Shown here: positions 23,645-31,644 of the stretch, piece by piece
Layout of the letters: each line of letters opens with the position of its first letter
Position numbering within the stretch: the stretch's first letter is position 1
Assembly: GCA_027037705.1 (NCBI GenBank)
Contig: JALVYZ010000237.1
Location: 1-35,277, forward strand
Direction of reading: 5' to 3'
DNA from: a bacterium
GTDB taxonomy: Bacteria; DYJV01; JALVYZ01
Length of the DNA stretch: 35,277 nt
Position numbers and translations under genes: made by a program
Notes under the pieces: generated by a model
Told to the model about the DNA's origin: nothing
Databases searched by the model: none
Seen by the model: the letters and a program-made list of their open reading frames with translations, nothing else

Positions 23645-24169
23645 GCTTAACTCAAAAGAGAATTGTAAGCGTATGAGAACCTAGACCACGTCCCGGAACT
23701 ACTAGAGGCACAGCTTAACTCAAAAGAGAATTGTAAGTGACAGTATAGCAGCCTTGAAGTGACTCTTTGAAAATCCTAGCCTAGCTTAACTCAAAAGAGA
23801 ATTGTAAGTACAAGTGTGGGCGGTCGGGGAGAGTGCTGGTGACTACATCTCGCTTAACTCAAAAGAGAATTGTAAGGTTATCCATTTATCCACGTCTTCC
23901 CCGAAGCTAGTGTTTGGTAGTATCTGCAAATACTCAAAAGAGAATTGTAAGCGAGCTCTGGCTCGTATACCGGCGTCTCGAGGAAGACGTGTAGGACATA
24001 CTCAAAAAAGAATTGTAAGCCGGGTACACCAACTTATCCTTGCAGATGATGCTGCCATCGACGAGTGACATACTCAAAAGAGAATTGTAAGCTTGCACAA
24101 TGCTCGCATGCTCAGTTGATTCCGCTATCTTGTTCCCGTGCTTGGCTTAACTCAAAAGAGAATTAAAAG
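23645..24169 (+). CRISPR. CRISPR array 3: 8 x 25-nt repeats GCTTAACTCAAAAGAGAATTGTAAG, 7 spacers of 43-53 nt
   Basis: Repeats are at 23645, 23713, 23784 and 23852 (GCTTAA type), 23927 (cAaATA variant), 23995 and 24067 (GACATA 5' half), and 24145 (degenerate, ...aattaaaag, followed by a slipped partial copy agagaatta). Confidence 0.95.
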
Positions 24170-24347
24170 AGAATTATAGGTAATTAATTATATCTAGTTG
24201 CTTGGTTACTATATTGTTCTATGAGAATAAGTTTGGTGAAGAATTGTTAAGTGATGGATTGCCGTTCTCCCGGGGGGTTTTTGTCCCTCTTGGATCCTGG
24301 GCTAGTGATACTTATTGTATTTGTGGCTCCCGAGGGGTGGTTTGTGG

Positions 24348-24722
24348 ATGAGGGTTTGTAGGCTTGTTGTTGGGCTTAATGCTGCCGTGACGTTGTTTAT
24401 TGGGCTAGGGTTGCTCGGGTACTATGGCCTGGTTGGTGCTCTTAGGGTTCTCTTTGTCTCTTTGTTCCCTGTCTCGCTTGTTTTTGGCTCTTTTACGCTC
24501 CTCGGGCTGGTCTGTGTCCCGGTTCTCTCTGCTACATGTCTTCTCTCTGAGCGCTGGTGTAGGGGGCTGCGCCTAGTGCTCCTACTGTATATTATTGGTC
24601 TCCTTGGGTGGCTCCCCGGCGCCTTCTCCAGCGATGTACTGGGTGCCGTGGTGCTGGGGCTCCTTGTCACGGGCTTGGCTGCTGCGAGTGCTTGGTGCCT
24701 ACGCGAGGTAAGGAGAAGATAG
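24348..24722 (+). CDS. Possible small polytopic membrane protein (124 aa from ATG 24348)
   Basis: It has 3-4 hydrophobic segments, but the DNA here is strongly G+T-rich. That composition alone generates V/L/G/F/C-rich pseudo-membrane ORFs, so coding status is uncertain. Confidence 0.3.
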   Translation: MRVCRLVVGLNAAVTLFIGLGLLGYYGLVGALRVLFVSLFPVSLVFGSFTLLGLVCVPVLSATCLLSERWCRGLRLVLLLYIIGLLGWLPGAFSSDVLGAVVLGLLVTGLAAASAWCLREVRRR

Positions 24723-24747
24723 CATCGCTGGGGGCTTTCTCCCTTGG

Positions 24748-25188
24748 CTATAGTTCTAGCGGGTTTAGTGACGTTATGATTATGCATGCCTTCTTCGGTT
24801 TGTCGTGCACTGCTCCGCCTTGGCTAGTAGTTCCTCGGGTAGCTCCGGTACAGTTGCCTCGGCCGTGGTTGGTGCTCGTGGACTGCTGTAGCGTATCTCG
24901 CGCCGTGTCCCGGGCCGGAGGTGTACTGTGTGGGGTCTTAGCACTAGCTTCCTCTTGGCTGAGTAGCGCTTCCGCGCCGAGGACCTCTAGTAGTGTTCCA
25001 AGCACCTCTAGGCCTACCCTGCTCGACTCGCCTTTCTCGAGCAATATGTCGTAGGCGGTGGGGCTTGCTAGCCATCGCTGGGCTAGGAGGAGCCTCTGCC
25101 TCTCATCCGGCTCGCCTTTGAGTGCCTTCCTTAGCGCGCTCAGGGGTATTGGGAATAGGAAGGGCGTGGCTCTCCTACCTCCCCTCGG
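24748..25188 (-). CDS. Open frame with Xre-like HTH pattern, no canonical start upstream of the HTH
   Basis: The frame is open from 25188. LSALRKALKGEPDERQRLLLAQRWLASPTAYDILLEKGESSRVGLEVLGTLLEVLG fits an Xre-type HTH pattern. The only listed start (TTG 25044) would truncate it. The frame is the same as that of the upstream 204-aa ORF. Confidence 0.3.
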   Translation of the reverse strand, partial: PRGGRRATPFLFPIPLSALRKALKGEPDERQRLLLAQRWLASPTAYDILLEKGESSRVGLEVLGTLLEVLGAEALLSQEEASAKTPHSTPPARDTARDTLQQSTSTNHGRGNCTGATRGTTSQGGAVHDKPKKACIIITSLNPLEL

Positions 25189-25194
25189 CTACTC

Positions 25195-25809
25195 CTACTC
25201 GGGTTGCGCGATGCACGGCCCCTTCTCGGACAGGTACACTACTACTCCGTCAACGTTGATCATGCCGGGGTGCTCCAGGTACTCGTCGAATACCCGGAGC
25301 CCCTCCTCAGGCCCATACGCCTCCACTAGCAGGTCTAGTACCTCGCTTATACCCTCCCCGGGGTCTAGGCATCGCTCCTCTCCACGTGTCTTCTCCTCGA
25401 GGCTTTTGCCGCTGAGTAGTAGCGAGGCAGCGTCGAGGCCAGCTATTATGGCTTCCCTTATCCTGCTTGCCGCCTGGGTTACACCTACCTGGTCACGGAG
25501 GAGGCCAGGCTCTACACAGGTCTCTACAAGTACCCTGGCCTCCTCTCCGCTGCTCACCATCTCCCCGGTTACCCTAGCCCCGGGCCTCTCGGCGCGGATG
25601 AGCAGCGCAACAGCCTCGGCGCCGCCTATGACTGCCTTGATCTCTGCGCAGGCGAGGGGCCCCTGTGTCTTAGTGCTTCTGAGGACTAGTTTCTTGAGCA
25701 CTAGTGGCCGTGGGAGTCTCTTCTCCCTAGCCATCGAGGCTATTGCGAGCAGGGCTGCCTCCAAGAGCTCTCCGCTACGGGTCTTCTCCAAGACTGGCAC
25801 CGCCTCCAC
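25195..25809 (-). CDS. Hypothetical protein (204 aa)
   Basis: Protein-like composition, whereas the antisense 255-aa ORF is Ser/Pro-rich junk. No family was recognised. Confidence 0.55.
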   Translation of the reverse strand: MEAVPVLEKTRSGELLEAALLAIASMAREKRLPRPLVLKKLVLRSTKTQGPLACAEIKAVIGGAEAVALLIRAERPGARVTGEMVSSGEEARVLVETCVEPGLLRDQVGVTQAASRIREAIIAGLDAASLLLSGKSLEEKTRGEERCLDPGEGISEVLDLLVEAYGPEEGLRVFDEYLEHPGMINVDGVVVYLSEKGPCIAQPE

Positions 25810-26247
25810 GGTTACTAACCAATAGGGAAATATATAAGATTTATTGAAACCATATATCGAGCTAGACTAGGCGAGCCGAGCCAGGCAGCCCAGCCAAAAC
25901 AAGAAACAAGGAAACAAAACACAAACAACACGATAAATAAGAAAACCCAGCCAGAGCATAGGAAGCAGATGAAACAAGGAAGGCATAAAACACAGCATAA
26001 GCCAAGAAACACTCCACTCAGCAAAACTGATCCCTAAGACATCCCAAGCAACCCCCAGGCTCAGAGAATTAGGAACTCCATTGCCGCCTCCTTGCACGAA
26101 CTAGCAGCTACGCCTAAGAAGATACCTGGCTCGGCGACATATTGGCTACCTAGCACCCATTCATGTAGTGCCTAACACGGGCTGGGCGAATAACAAAACG
26201 GCTCTCCAAGGTACGAGCTTCTTGCACCAAGTTCTCGTGTACTTGTT

Positions 26248-26679
26248 CTAGGGCTTCACGGGTACACCTAGCTGTTTGGCCTTACGCCTTAGTCTCTGAT
26301 CGAAGGTTGCGAGTACAGCGTTGTACTGAATAGCTACCACGAGTATGATGGCGTCGTTGAGTTCTCTGGGCTGCATGTACCCCTTCTCCAATAGGCCTAG
26401 CGCCTTATTAATGACACCTAGTGGCTCCGCGACGTATCTTGTACGTGGATTCTCTAGGTACTCATTTATCTTGGCTGCAACGAAGCCAGCCGGGACTCCT
26501 AGCTTGCGTATCATTACCCACATGTACTCGTGTAGCACTATTGGTACGACTAGTATCTCCCCAGCAGAGTCTATGAGCTCAGCGGCTTCTATGTGATGAG
26601 AGCTATCCTCAACAGTCTCGTAGACGAGTACATTGGTGTCAGGGAGCAGTGGCTTCCTCGAGGAACTCCTCAACGGCAC
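26248..26679 (-). CDS. vapC: VapC PIN-domain toxin
   Basis: 143 aa. The PIN acidic residues are in LLPDTNVLVYE, VLHEY, DAIILVVA and LATFDQRL. It overlaps the upstream antitoxin gene. Confidence 0.85.
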   Translation of the reverse strand: MPLRSSSRKPLLPDTNVLVYETVEDSSHHIEAAELIDSAGEILVVPIVLHEYMWVMIRKLGVPAGFVAAKINEYLENPRTRYVAEPLGVINKALGLLEKGYMQPRELNDAIILVVAIQYNAVLATFDQRLRRKAKQLGVPVKP

Positions 26680-26884
26680 TCTCTATCTCCTCAACCGATA
26701 TACTCCTGCCAAGTCTTATGGTTAGCCTTCTGCGACGCCTAGGAATAATCTTGATAACGCCCTCTTCCTCGTCATATAGTACCTCGACTATGTCTCCCTC
26801 TCTCAGTCCGGCTTCATCTCTTACCGGAGCAGGTATTGTTACCTGATAGTTACGGGTCACCTTCACTAAGACTCCTCTAGCCAA
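26639..26884 (-). CDS. vapB: VapB antitoxin, AbrB/SpoVT-type
   Basis: VKVTRNYQVTIPAPVRDEAGLREGDIVEVLYDEEEGVIKIIP is an AbrB swapped-hairpin motif. The start is placed at TTG 26884 (or GTG 26866) because tttatata at about 26935-26942 (minus strand) lies inside the listed longer ORF. Confidence 0.75.
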   Translation of the reverse strand: MARGVLVKVTRNYQVTIPAPVRDEAGLREGDIVEVLYDEEEGVIKIIPRRRRRLTIRLGRSISVEEIESAVEEFLEEATAP

Positions 26885-27043
26885 TAGAAGGCCCCCCCAC
26901 AACCAATAATAGTAAAATTTCCGTACTACTAGTATATAAATTTTCCTAGTAGGAATCATGGAACAAGCTGCCCAGATACTAAAATCCTAGCGTTGATAAT
27001 CACTGTAAGGGTCTTCACCAGTGCACTTGGAGGATGACGGACT

Positions 27044-27580
27044 GTGCCTAGTCATGGCTCCGCATTCGTTAGCGGTAGTCTTGACTCAGTGGTGCTTGTT
27101 TTGGCTGGCGTAGCGCTAGTGTTTGCCGGGGTTGACGCTGCCAGGATTGTTGCGGGCTTTGTGCTCGGGGTAGTGCTGGCGATTATGTTCTACGTGGCTG
27201 GGTTAGGCTTTGGCGTTGCTGCGGCCCTGTTGCTGGGGCTACTGGGCTTCATTATCGGCTTTGCTATGGGGTTTGTGGTGCTCCGGGTAGCGGTATCCCT
27301 CGTGGGTGGGTTCCTCCTAGCAGATATCCTTGTAGGACTGCTCCCTGCTAGGCATCTCAGCGGCCTAGCAATCCTCGTCCTAGGCATTGTTCTCGCAGCT
27401 GTGCTATACGTTGTAGCCGAGTACGTGATAGCAGCCGCCGTCGTGGCCACCGGCTCGATAATAACCTACGCTGGGCTCACGTACTGGTTCCCTACAAGCA
27501 TTGCCGCTCTAGCAGCCCTAGCTCTCTTCGTCGCCGGATTGGCTCATAACTGGTCGAGAATCAGGGCTAGAAAGGACTAG
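27044..27580 (+). CDS. Polytopic membrane protein (178 aa)
   Basis: About 6 hydrophobic helices rich in G/A/V/L, with a basic C-terminal tail. GTG start. Confidence 0.6.
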   Translation: MPSHGSAFVSGSLDSVVLVLAGVALVFAGVDAARIVAGFVLGVVLAIMFYVAGLGFGVAAALLLGLLGFIIGFAMGFVVLRVAVSLVGGFLLADILVGLLPARHLSGLAILVLGIVLAAVLYVVAEYVIAAAVVATGSIITYAGLTYWFPTSIAALAALALFVAGLAHNWSRIRARKD

Positions 27581-27657
27581 GGAGCAATAAGGGATCACTT
27601 GTTTCGAGAACTAGGCGTATTCGCGGAAACTGCTATGCTGTATTTGAGGCCAAGGTA

Positions 27658-28099
27658 CTAATCGTAGTTATCGCTATTGCCTAGCGTGGGCTTATTGCTT
27701 ATCACTCTTATGCCCATCCTCGCTACTAGATCCTTCTCGTCTATTACGTCTTTATCGAATGTAGCGAAGTACCTTGCTCCTAATAGCTTGCTTGCCGCTA
27801 TGTGTAGTAGGTCTAGTGTTCGGAGCCTTAGCTCGGCTTAGAGCCGGAAAGCCAGTGACAACGCGTCGTTGAAGTCCACCTCAGCTAGATGCACCCCTGT
27901 TTCCTCGATAAGTAAAGCGCGAGGGCCAGGGGATCCTCTAGCCCGCTCTAGAGTACACCGATGCTAGCTCAAGTAGCGCTAGTCTTGATGTTACTAGTTT
28001 TTCTCCCCAGAGGCTTTGGATTAGCCTAACCGCTCTACTATGGTTAGCGTCGGCCTCGTCCATGTAGGATACTATGATGCCCGTGTCTATGTAGATCAA
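27658..28099 (-). pseudogene. vapC: Decayed VapC PIN-domain toxin gene (frameshift plus in-frame TAA)
   Basis: My manual minus-strand translation gives LIYIDTGIIVSYMDEADANHSRAVRLIQSLWGEKLVTSRLALLELASVYSRAG, ending at a TAG at 27940-27938. It continues in another frame as ...EVDFNDALSLAFRL, then a TAA at 27840-27838, then AELRLRTLDLLHIAASKLLGARYFATFDKDVI..., ending at 27658. The TTG start (28099) overlaps the RHH gene stop (TTGA). Confidence 0.7.
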
Positions 28100-28347
28100 C
28101 GTGACCGCTCCTCCTCAAGGAGCTTGGTGAGGCCACCGTGCCTTATCCGGTACCCCTTCTTCTTGTACTCCTCTGTTTTCCGGTACACCTCTTCCCAGAA
28201 CATTACCTCTCTACGCACACTCTCTAGCCCCTTCTCGATCATTATGTTGAATGCATGCGACCTACTCCTAGCTATACCGTACCTAACCATCTTGTCCGCT
28301 AGCTCCACTAGCTCTCTCCTAACCTTGATAGACACAGTAACCGACAA
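28096..28347 (-). CDS. Ribbon-helix-helix (CopG-like) antitoxin
   Basis: 83 aa. VSIKVRRELVELADKMVRYGIARSRSHAFNIMIEKGL has the RHH beta-alpha-alpha pattern. It lies directly upstream of the decayed PIN gene. Confidence 0.7.
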   Translation of the reverse strand: MSVTVSIKVRRELVELADKMVRYGIARSRSHAFNIMIEKGLESVRREVMFWEEVYRKTEEYKKKGYRIRHGGLTKLLEEERSR

Positions 28348-28502
28348 GCCCAGATACCCTAGTAGACTAGGTATACCTAGGTATACTATATGGTTTCTCT
28401 AAACGAAGGCCTTGTGCCTCGGGGCTCACAGGAGTAAATGGGTGAGCAGAAGCAGTGCCTTAGAGGCTCCTCGCGAAGTGTATACGGTAAGTTCTTGTTA
28501 TG

Positions 28503-28841
28503 CTATATTGTTTCTAGGCCGAAGTCTCTTAGCACCTTGCTTAGTCTCCTAAGCTCTCTTAGCAGTACTTGCCCCTTCTCTGTCAGCTTGTAGCCCCTCT
28601 GCTCATCGCCTACCAGTTCTATTATTCCTCTTTGCTCTAGCTTGGCTAGTATCGGTGCTAGGCGGTTATAGGCCATGTTGGTGTAGAGTGCTATGCGTGT
28701 GGGTGGCTGGCCCGGGTGCCTATTTATCGCCTCTAGCACGTCTATGAGTATCTCTATCCTTGTTCTCCGGGGCAACTCGGGGCTATCCTCGCCTAGTTGT
28801 CGCGGCGTAGCTGGCTGCGAGGAGCGAGGCCGTGGTTGCAC
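28503..28841 (-). CDS. Winged-helix transcriptional regulator (COG3432-like)
   Basis: 112 aa. RTRIEILIDVLEAI...PTRIALYTNMAYNRLAPILAKLEQRGIIEL...GYKLTEKG is a typical archaeal wHTH pattern. Confidence 0.7.
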   Translation of the reverse strand: MQPRPRSSQPATPRQLGEDSPELPRRTRIEILIDVLEAINRHPGQPPTRIALYTNMAYNRLAPILAKLEQRGIIELVGDEQRGYKLTEKGQVLLRELRRLSKVLRDFGLETI

Positions 28842-29379
28842 GTAGTAGCTCCGCTACGAGTAGGAGCGTTGCACCCATGGGCTGGGTTGTTGCGAGGACC
28901 CCTACTGCTCTCAAGGCGAAGGCCGCGCCTATGACGCCTACGAGCCACTTAGCGGGTCCCTGGAACTCCTTGGAGGCATAGATAGCTGCAGCAGCCGCTG
29001 CAGCGTCGAATCCAGCTGGTATGGCCACCAGGGTTACCATGTAGAGCCCGTGTCTCTTGCCTGGGAGGGCGAGTAGCAGGAAGCCTGCTGCCGCGAAGCT
29101 AGCTGTTGCCGTGTAGGCTGTGTAGGCTAGTCTTGGGCCGCTGAGCAGCATTAGTGGCGTCCAGGCATGGCTCATGGCTAGTAATAGGAACCCGGCCACG
29201 TACTCCGGCCTAGTCGCGCCCAGCCTCGCTAGCCTCGCGAGCAACGCAGCTATATAGGCGAAGGCTGCCAAGCCCACGACGCCCGTGGCTAGTAGTACTG
29301 CCTGGTAGGCTAGTGCCAGCTCCCCGGCCAAGACCTCTCTATCCCCTTGCTCAGCGATGACGGGTCTCTGGGCGAGCAA
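28783..29379 (-). CDS. Polytopic membrane protein (198 aa)
   Basis: 5-6 hydrophobic helices, in an operon with flanking minus-strand genes (29-nt and 59-nt overlaps). Confidence 0.55.
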   Translation of the reverse strand: MLAQRPVIAEQGDREVLAGELALAYQAVLLATGVVGLAAFAYIAALLARLARLGATRPEYVAGFLLLAMSHAWTPLMLLSGPRLAYTAYTATASFAAAGFLLLALPGKRHGLYMVTLVAIPAGFDAAAAAAAIYASKEFQGPAKWLVGVIGAAFALRAVGVLATTQPMGATLLLVAELLRATTASLLAASYAATTRRG

Positions 29380-29836
29380 TGGGGACGTGATGGAAACAAG
29401 GCCTAATCGCTACGAGCCTTCCATCTACCCGGATAGCGCGGGGCTTAACAACCAGGCCGTGCGGCGTCTCGTAGACGTGGCCGATGACCACGACGTGTTT
29501 CCCGAGCAGCTTCTCCGCGACAAACCCTAGGGGGAGAGGCTTATCGCCTACAAGCACGCAGTGGGGGAGGACAACGATTACCCTCTCCCCGTGAGCCCCC
29601 TTCATTATTACGCCGTGGGGGGAGGCGACAACAACTACTCCGCTGACGCCGCGGAAGCCCCGGTAATAATGGCTGTGGCGAAGCACCTCGACAAAGAGTA
29701 GTGCATTCTGGGGCTTCTCCTCAGCAACCATGTTACCTACTGGCGCCTCCCCAGGGTACATCGAGTAGGCTAGCAACGGCCCAGCAGCAGCGACTAGTAG
29801 CATAGCGACTAGTAGCGCTAGCCTAGTAGGGCTCAT
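29351..29836 (-). CDS. Secreted or membrane-anchored hypothetical protein (161 aa)
   Basis: N-terminal signal-like MSPTRLALLVAMLLVAAAGPLLAYS, followed by a beta-rich body. Confidence 0.55.
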   Translation of the reverse strand: MSPTRLALLVAMLLVAAAGPLLAYSMYPGEAPVGNMVAEEKPQNALLFVEVLRHSHYYRGFRGVSGVVVVASPHGVIMKGAHGERVIVVLPHCVLVGDKPLPLGFVAEKLLGKHVVVIGHVYETPHGLVVKPRAIRVDGRLVAIRPCFHHVPIARPETRHR

Positions 29837-29927
29837 AGCCTAGACCCCATCCACGGGGCAGGGTAAGTGCGTAGCTTTTGGGTAAAAACATGGTCGGGCA
29901 GAGTACCTGGTCATTGATGCCTCGGGC

Positions 29928-30431
29928 TTAGCCTTGGCTCCAGACCCTTGTCTCGTGCTCAACTATCTTTACTACCTTGTTATTGACCAGGTCTACCACT
30001 ACTAGTGCTGCTCCATGTGTGTTCCCGTTCTTCTCCCTTAGTACTACTATTGCCTTAACGGCGTGCAGCGTCACTGTGCCGTCGCCCTCGACAACTCCCT
30101 GTATCACCGGCTTTATCGCGGTGATGTTGTAGCCCTCGTTGAGCAGCGCGGCGGTGCGGTTGTCGCTCATGAGTATCTCTAGCACGTGTTGCTTGAACTC
30201 ATCGCTTAGCACTAGGCGTGGCCCATGATGCTTTGCCCAGGGCTCGTGCCTCGGCGGATGGGCTGCTTGGCCGTGGTGCCAAGGCCCTGGTCGGTGATGC
30301 GTTGGGATCATTGGTGACCAGGTGTTTGCTGCTTTTCCTGGCTTTGTTGCTGCTGTGTACGCGTACGCTGCTACCCCGAAGGCAACTAGTGCAGCCACAG
30401 CTATTGCTGCGAGGAGTACGTGTCTCTCCAT
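29928..30431 (-). CDS. Membrane-anchored protein with His/Pro-rich linker (167 aa from ATG 30431)
   Basis: MERHVLLAAIAVAALVAFGVAAYAY forms a TM anchor. It is followed by HHRPGPWHHGQAAHPPRHEPWAKHHGP and a beta-rich C-terminal domain. The listed start at 30500 is probably too far upstream. Confidence 0.55.
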   Translation of the reverse strand: MERHVLLAAIAVAALVAFGVAAYAYTAATKPGKAANTWSPMIPTHHRPGPWHHGQAAHPPRHEPWAKHHGPRLVLSDEFKQHVLEILMSDNRTAALLNEGYNITAIKPVIQGVVEGDGTVTLHAVKAIVVLREKNGNTHGAALVVVDLVNNKVVKIVEHETRVWSQG

Positions 30432-30675
30432 ACCCGGGCTCACCTTTCTGCCTCTGCTCGTGTATACTCTGATCGGCGCGGCTATAAGCTGGGGACTCAC
30501 TAGTGGTGCGCAAAGAATAAAAGGAGAAGGTGTGGAGCGATGCGTTCGAGATAATTATGGCTCTTTTGGCCCCGGTTATCCTGGAGCGTGGCTCTCCTTG
30601 GGTAACGGGTTGTGGGAGAGACTGGTCTACGCTGCTAAAAGGCTTATTGGCCTGCGTAAACCCGTTACGAGGGAT

Positions 30676-31644
30676 ATGTTTGAGCGCCGCCTCTATCTCT
30701 GGCCACAGGATTTCCGCGTAACGGAGCTAGGAGGCCGCGAGCCATATGCTGCTTTCAACCCTGGCGCTATCCTTGAGCGCGACGAGCTGCTAGTCTTCCC
30801 CCGGCTCGTGACTGGCTACTTCTGGTACACCTCTGTGATAGGGTTCGTGCGCCTCGGGCTCAGCGAGGTCCTCGAGGCCCGTGTCGAGAAGCCGTTGTGG
30901 ACGAGGATAGTTGTGCACCCCTCTACGAGACGCGACCTAGCTGGGTGCGAGGACCCAAGGGTTAGTAGAATCAGGGACAAGTACTATGTCCTATACACAG
31001 CGCTGGAGCCTTATCGTGACCGGCTACACGCGATCAACGCTTACTCTGCTCAGGGAGTAGCAGTGCTCAGCGAGAACCTAGCCCTGGAGGAGAAGCACGT
31101 CATAGACATAGTTGATGAGAAGGGTAACCGCCACCCCGTCGACGAGGTCAAGGACTCGGCCCTACTAGGCGAGGAGAGAAATGGTTTCTGGATGCTAACG
31201 AGGCCAGTAATAGGGGGCGTGGCTGCCTCGTGGCGCGGCTTCCTGGACACGGAGCAGTGGATTATCCGGGCCGAGACGTTGGAGCCCGTGCTGCTCCCCG
31301 AGCCCTGGGAGTACAAGACCGGGTGGTCGACGAACGCGGTCAGGATAGGGAGTGATGAGTACCTGGTGGCGTGGCATGGTGTTGGCAGGGACCTAGTATA
31401 CCGGACCGGGTTCGCCGTCGTGGATAAGGAGGGCTCGCTGAGAGCGATAACCGATTACCTATTAGAGCCTAGGACTGTGCAGGAGTTCTCCGGCGAGAGA
31501 CCCGGGGTAATCTTTGGCTGTGGCCTAGTAAGGCACAGCGAACTACTATTATTCATTGGTGGTGTCGCTGATACCGGGATAGGGGTCTACGTAGCCGAGA
31601 TAGACAAGGTAATGGAGAACATGAAGTGGCTACAGAGAAGCTAG
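30676..31644 (+). CDS. GH130-family glycoside phosphorylase/hydrolase (beta-mannoside type)
   Basis: It has PYAAFNPGAILERDELLVFPRLV and GCEDPRVSRIRDKYYVLYTA motifs. The ATG at 30676 gives 322 aa, and the GTG at 30532 (preceded by aaggag) is an alternative start. The listed start at 30322 overlaps the opposite-strand gene. Confidence 0.75.
   Translation: MFERRLYLWPQDFRVTELGGREPYAAFNPGAILERDELLVFPRLVTGYFWYTSVIGFVRLGLSEVLEARVEKPLWTRIVVHPSTRRDLAGCEDPRVSRIRDKYYVLYTALEPYRDRLHAINAYSAQGVAVLSENLALEEKHVIDIVDEKGNRHPVDEVKDSALLGEERNGFWMLTRPVIGGVAASWRGFLDTEQWIIRAETLEPVLLPEPWEYKTGWSTNAVRIGSDEYLVAWHGVGRDLVYRTGFAVVDKEGSLRAITDYLLEPRTVQEFSGERPGVIFGCGLVRHSELLLFIGGVADTGIGVYVAEIDKVMENMKWLQRS

Noticed and set aside
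23814-24068. ORF 23814..24068 (+), 84 aa
   Set aside because: It lies entirely within CRISPR array 3 (repeats and spacers).
7574-24144. Possible self-targeting spacers or spacers shared between arrays
   Set aside because: Inspecting the 24 spacers by eye found no match elsewhere in the window and no shared spacers. A proper search needs blastn against the genome and virus databases.
24422-25054. ORFs 24422..24787 (-) and 24608..25054 (+)
   Set aside because: Both give Arg/Ser/Pro-rich junk translations and overlap more plausible frames. The whole 24200-25200 region is low confidence.
25058-25825. Plus-strand 255-aa ORF
   Set aside because: Extremely Ser/Pro/Thr-rich. It is antisense to the more protein-like 204-aa minus-strand ORF.
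25815-26097. Minus-strand ORFs rich in Cys/Phe/Leu (MLSGVFLGLCCVLCLPCFICFLC...)
   Set aside because: They are a translation artefact of a T-depleted A/C tract read on the opposite strand. There is no start context or coding periodicity.
26885-26959. N-terminal extension of the VapB ORF (MIPTRKIYILVVRKFYYYWLW...)
   Set aside because: It translates the A/T-rich promoter (tttatata box). The AbrB domain starts just after TTG 26884 / GTG 26866.
30322-30675. N-terminal 118-aa extension of the GH130 ORF
   Set aside because: It overlaps the opposite-strand gene 29928..30431. GH130 homology (FNPGAI) begins shortly after the ATG at 30676. The GTG at 30532 is kept as an alternative start.
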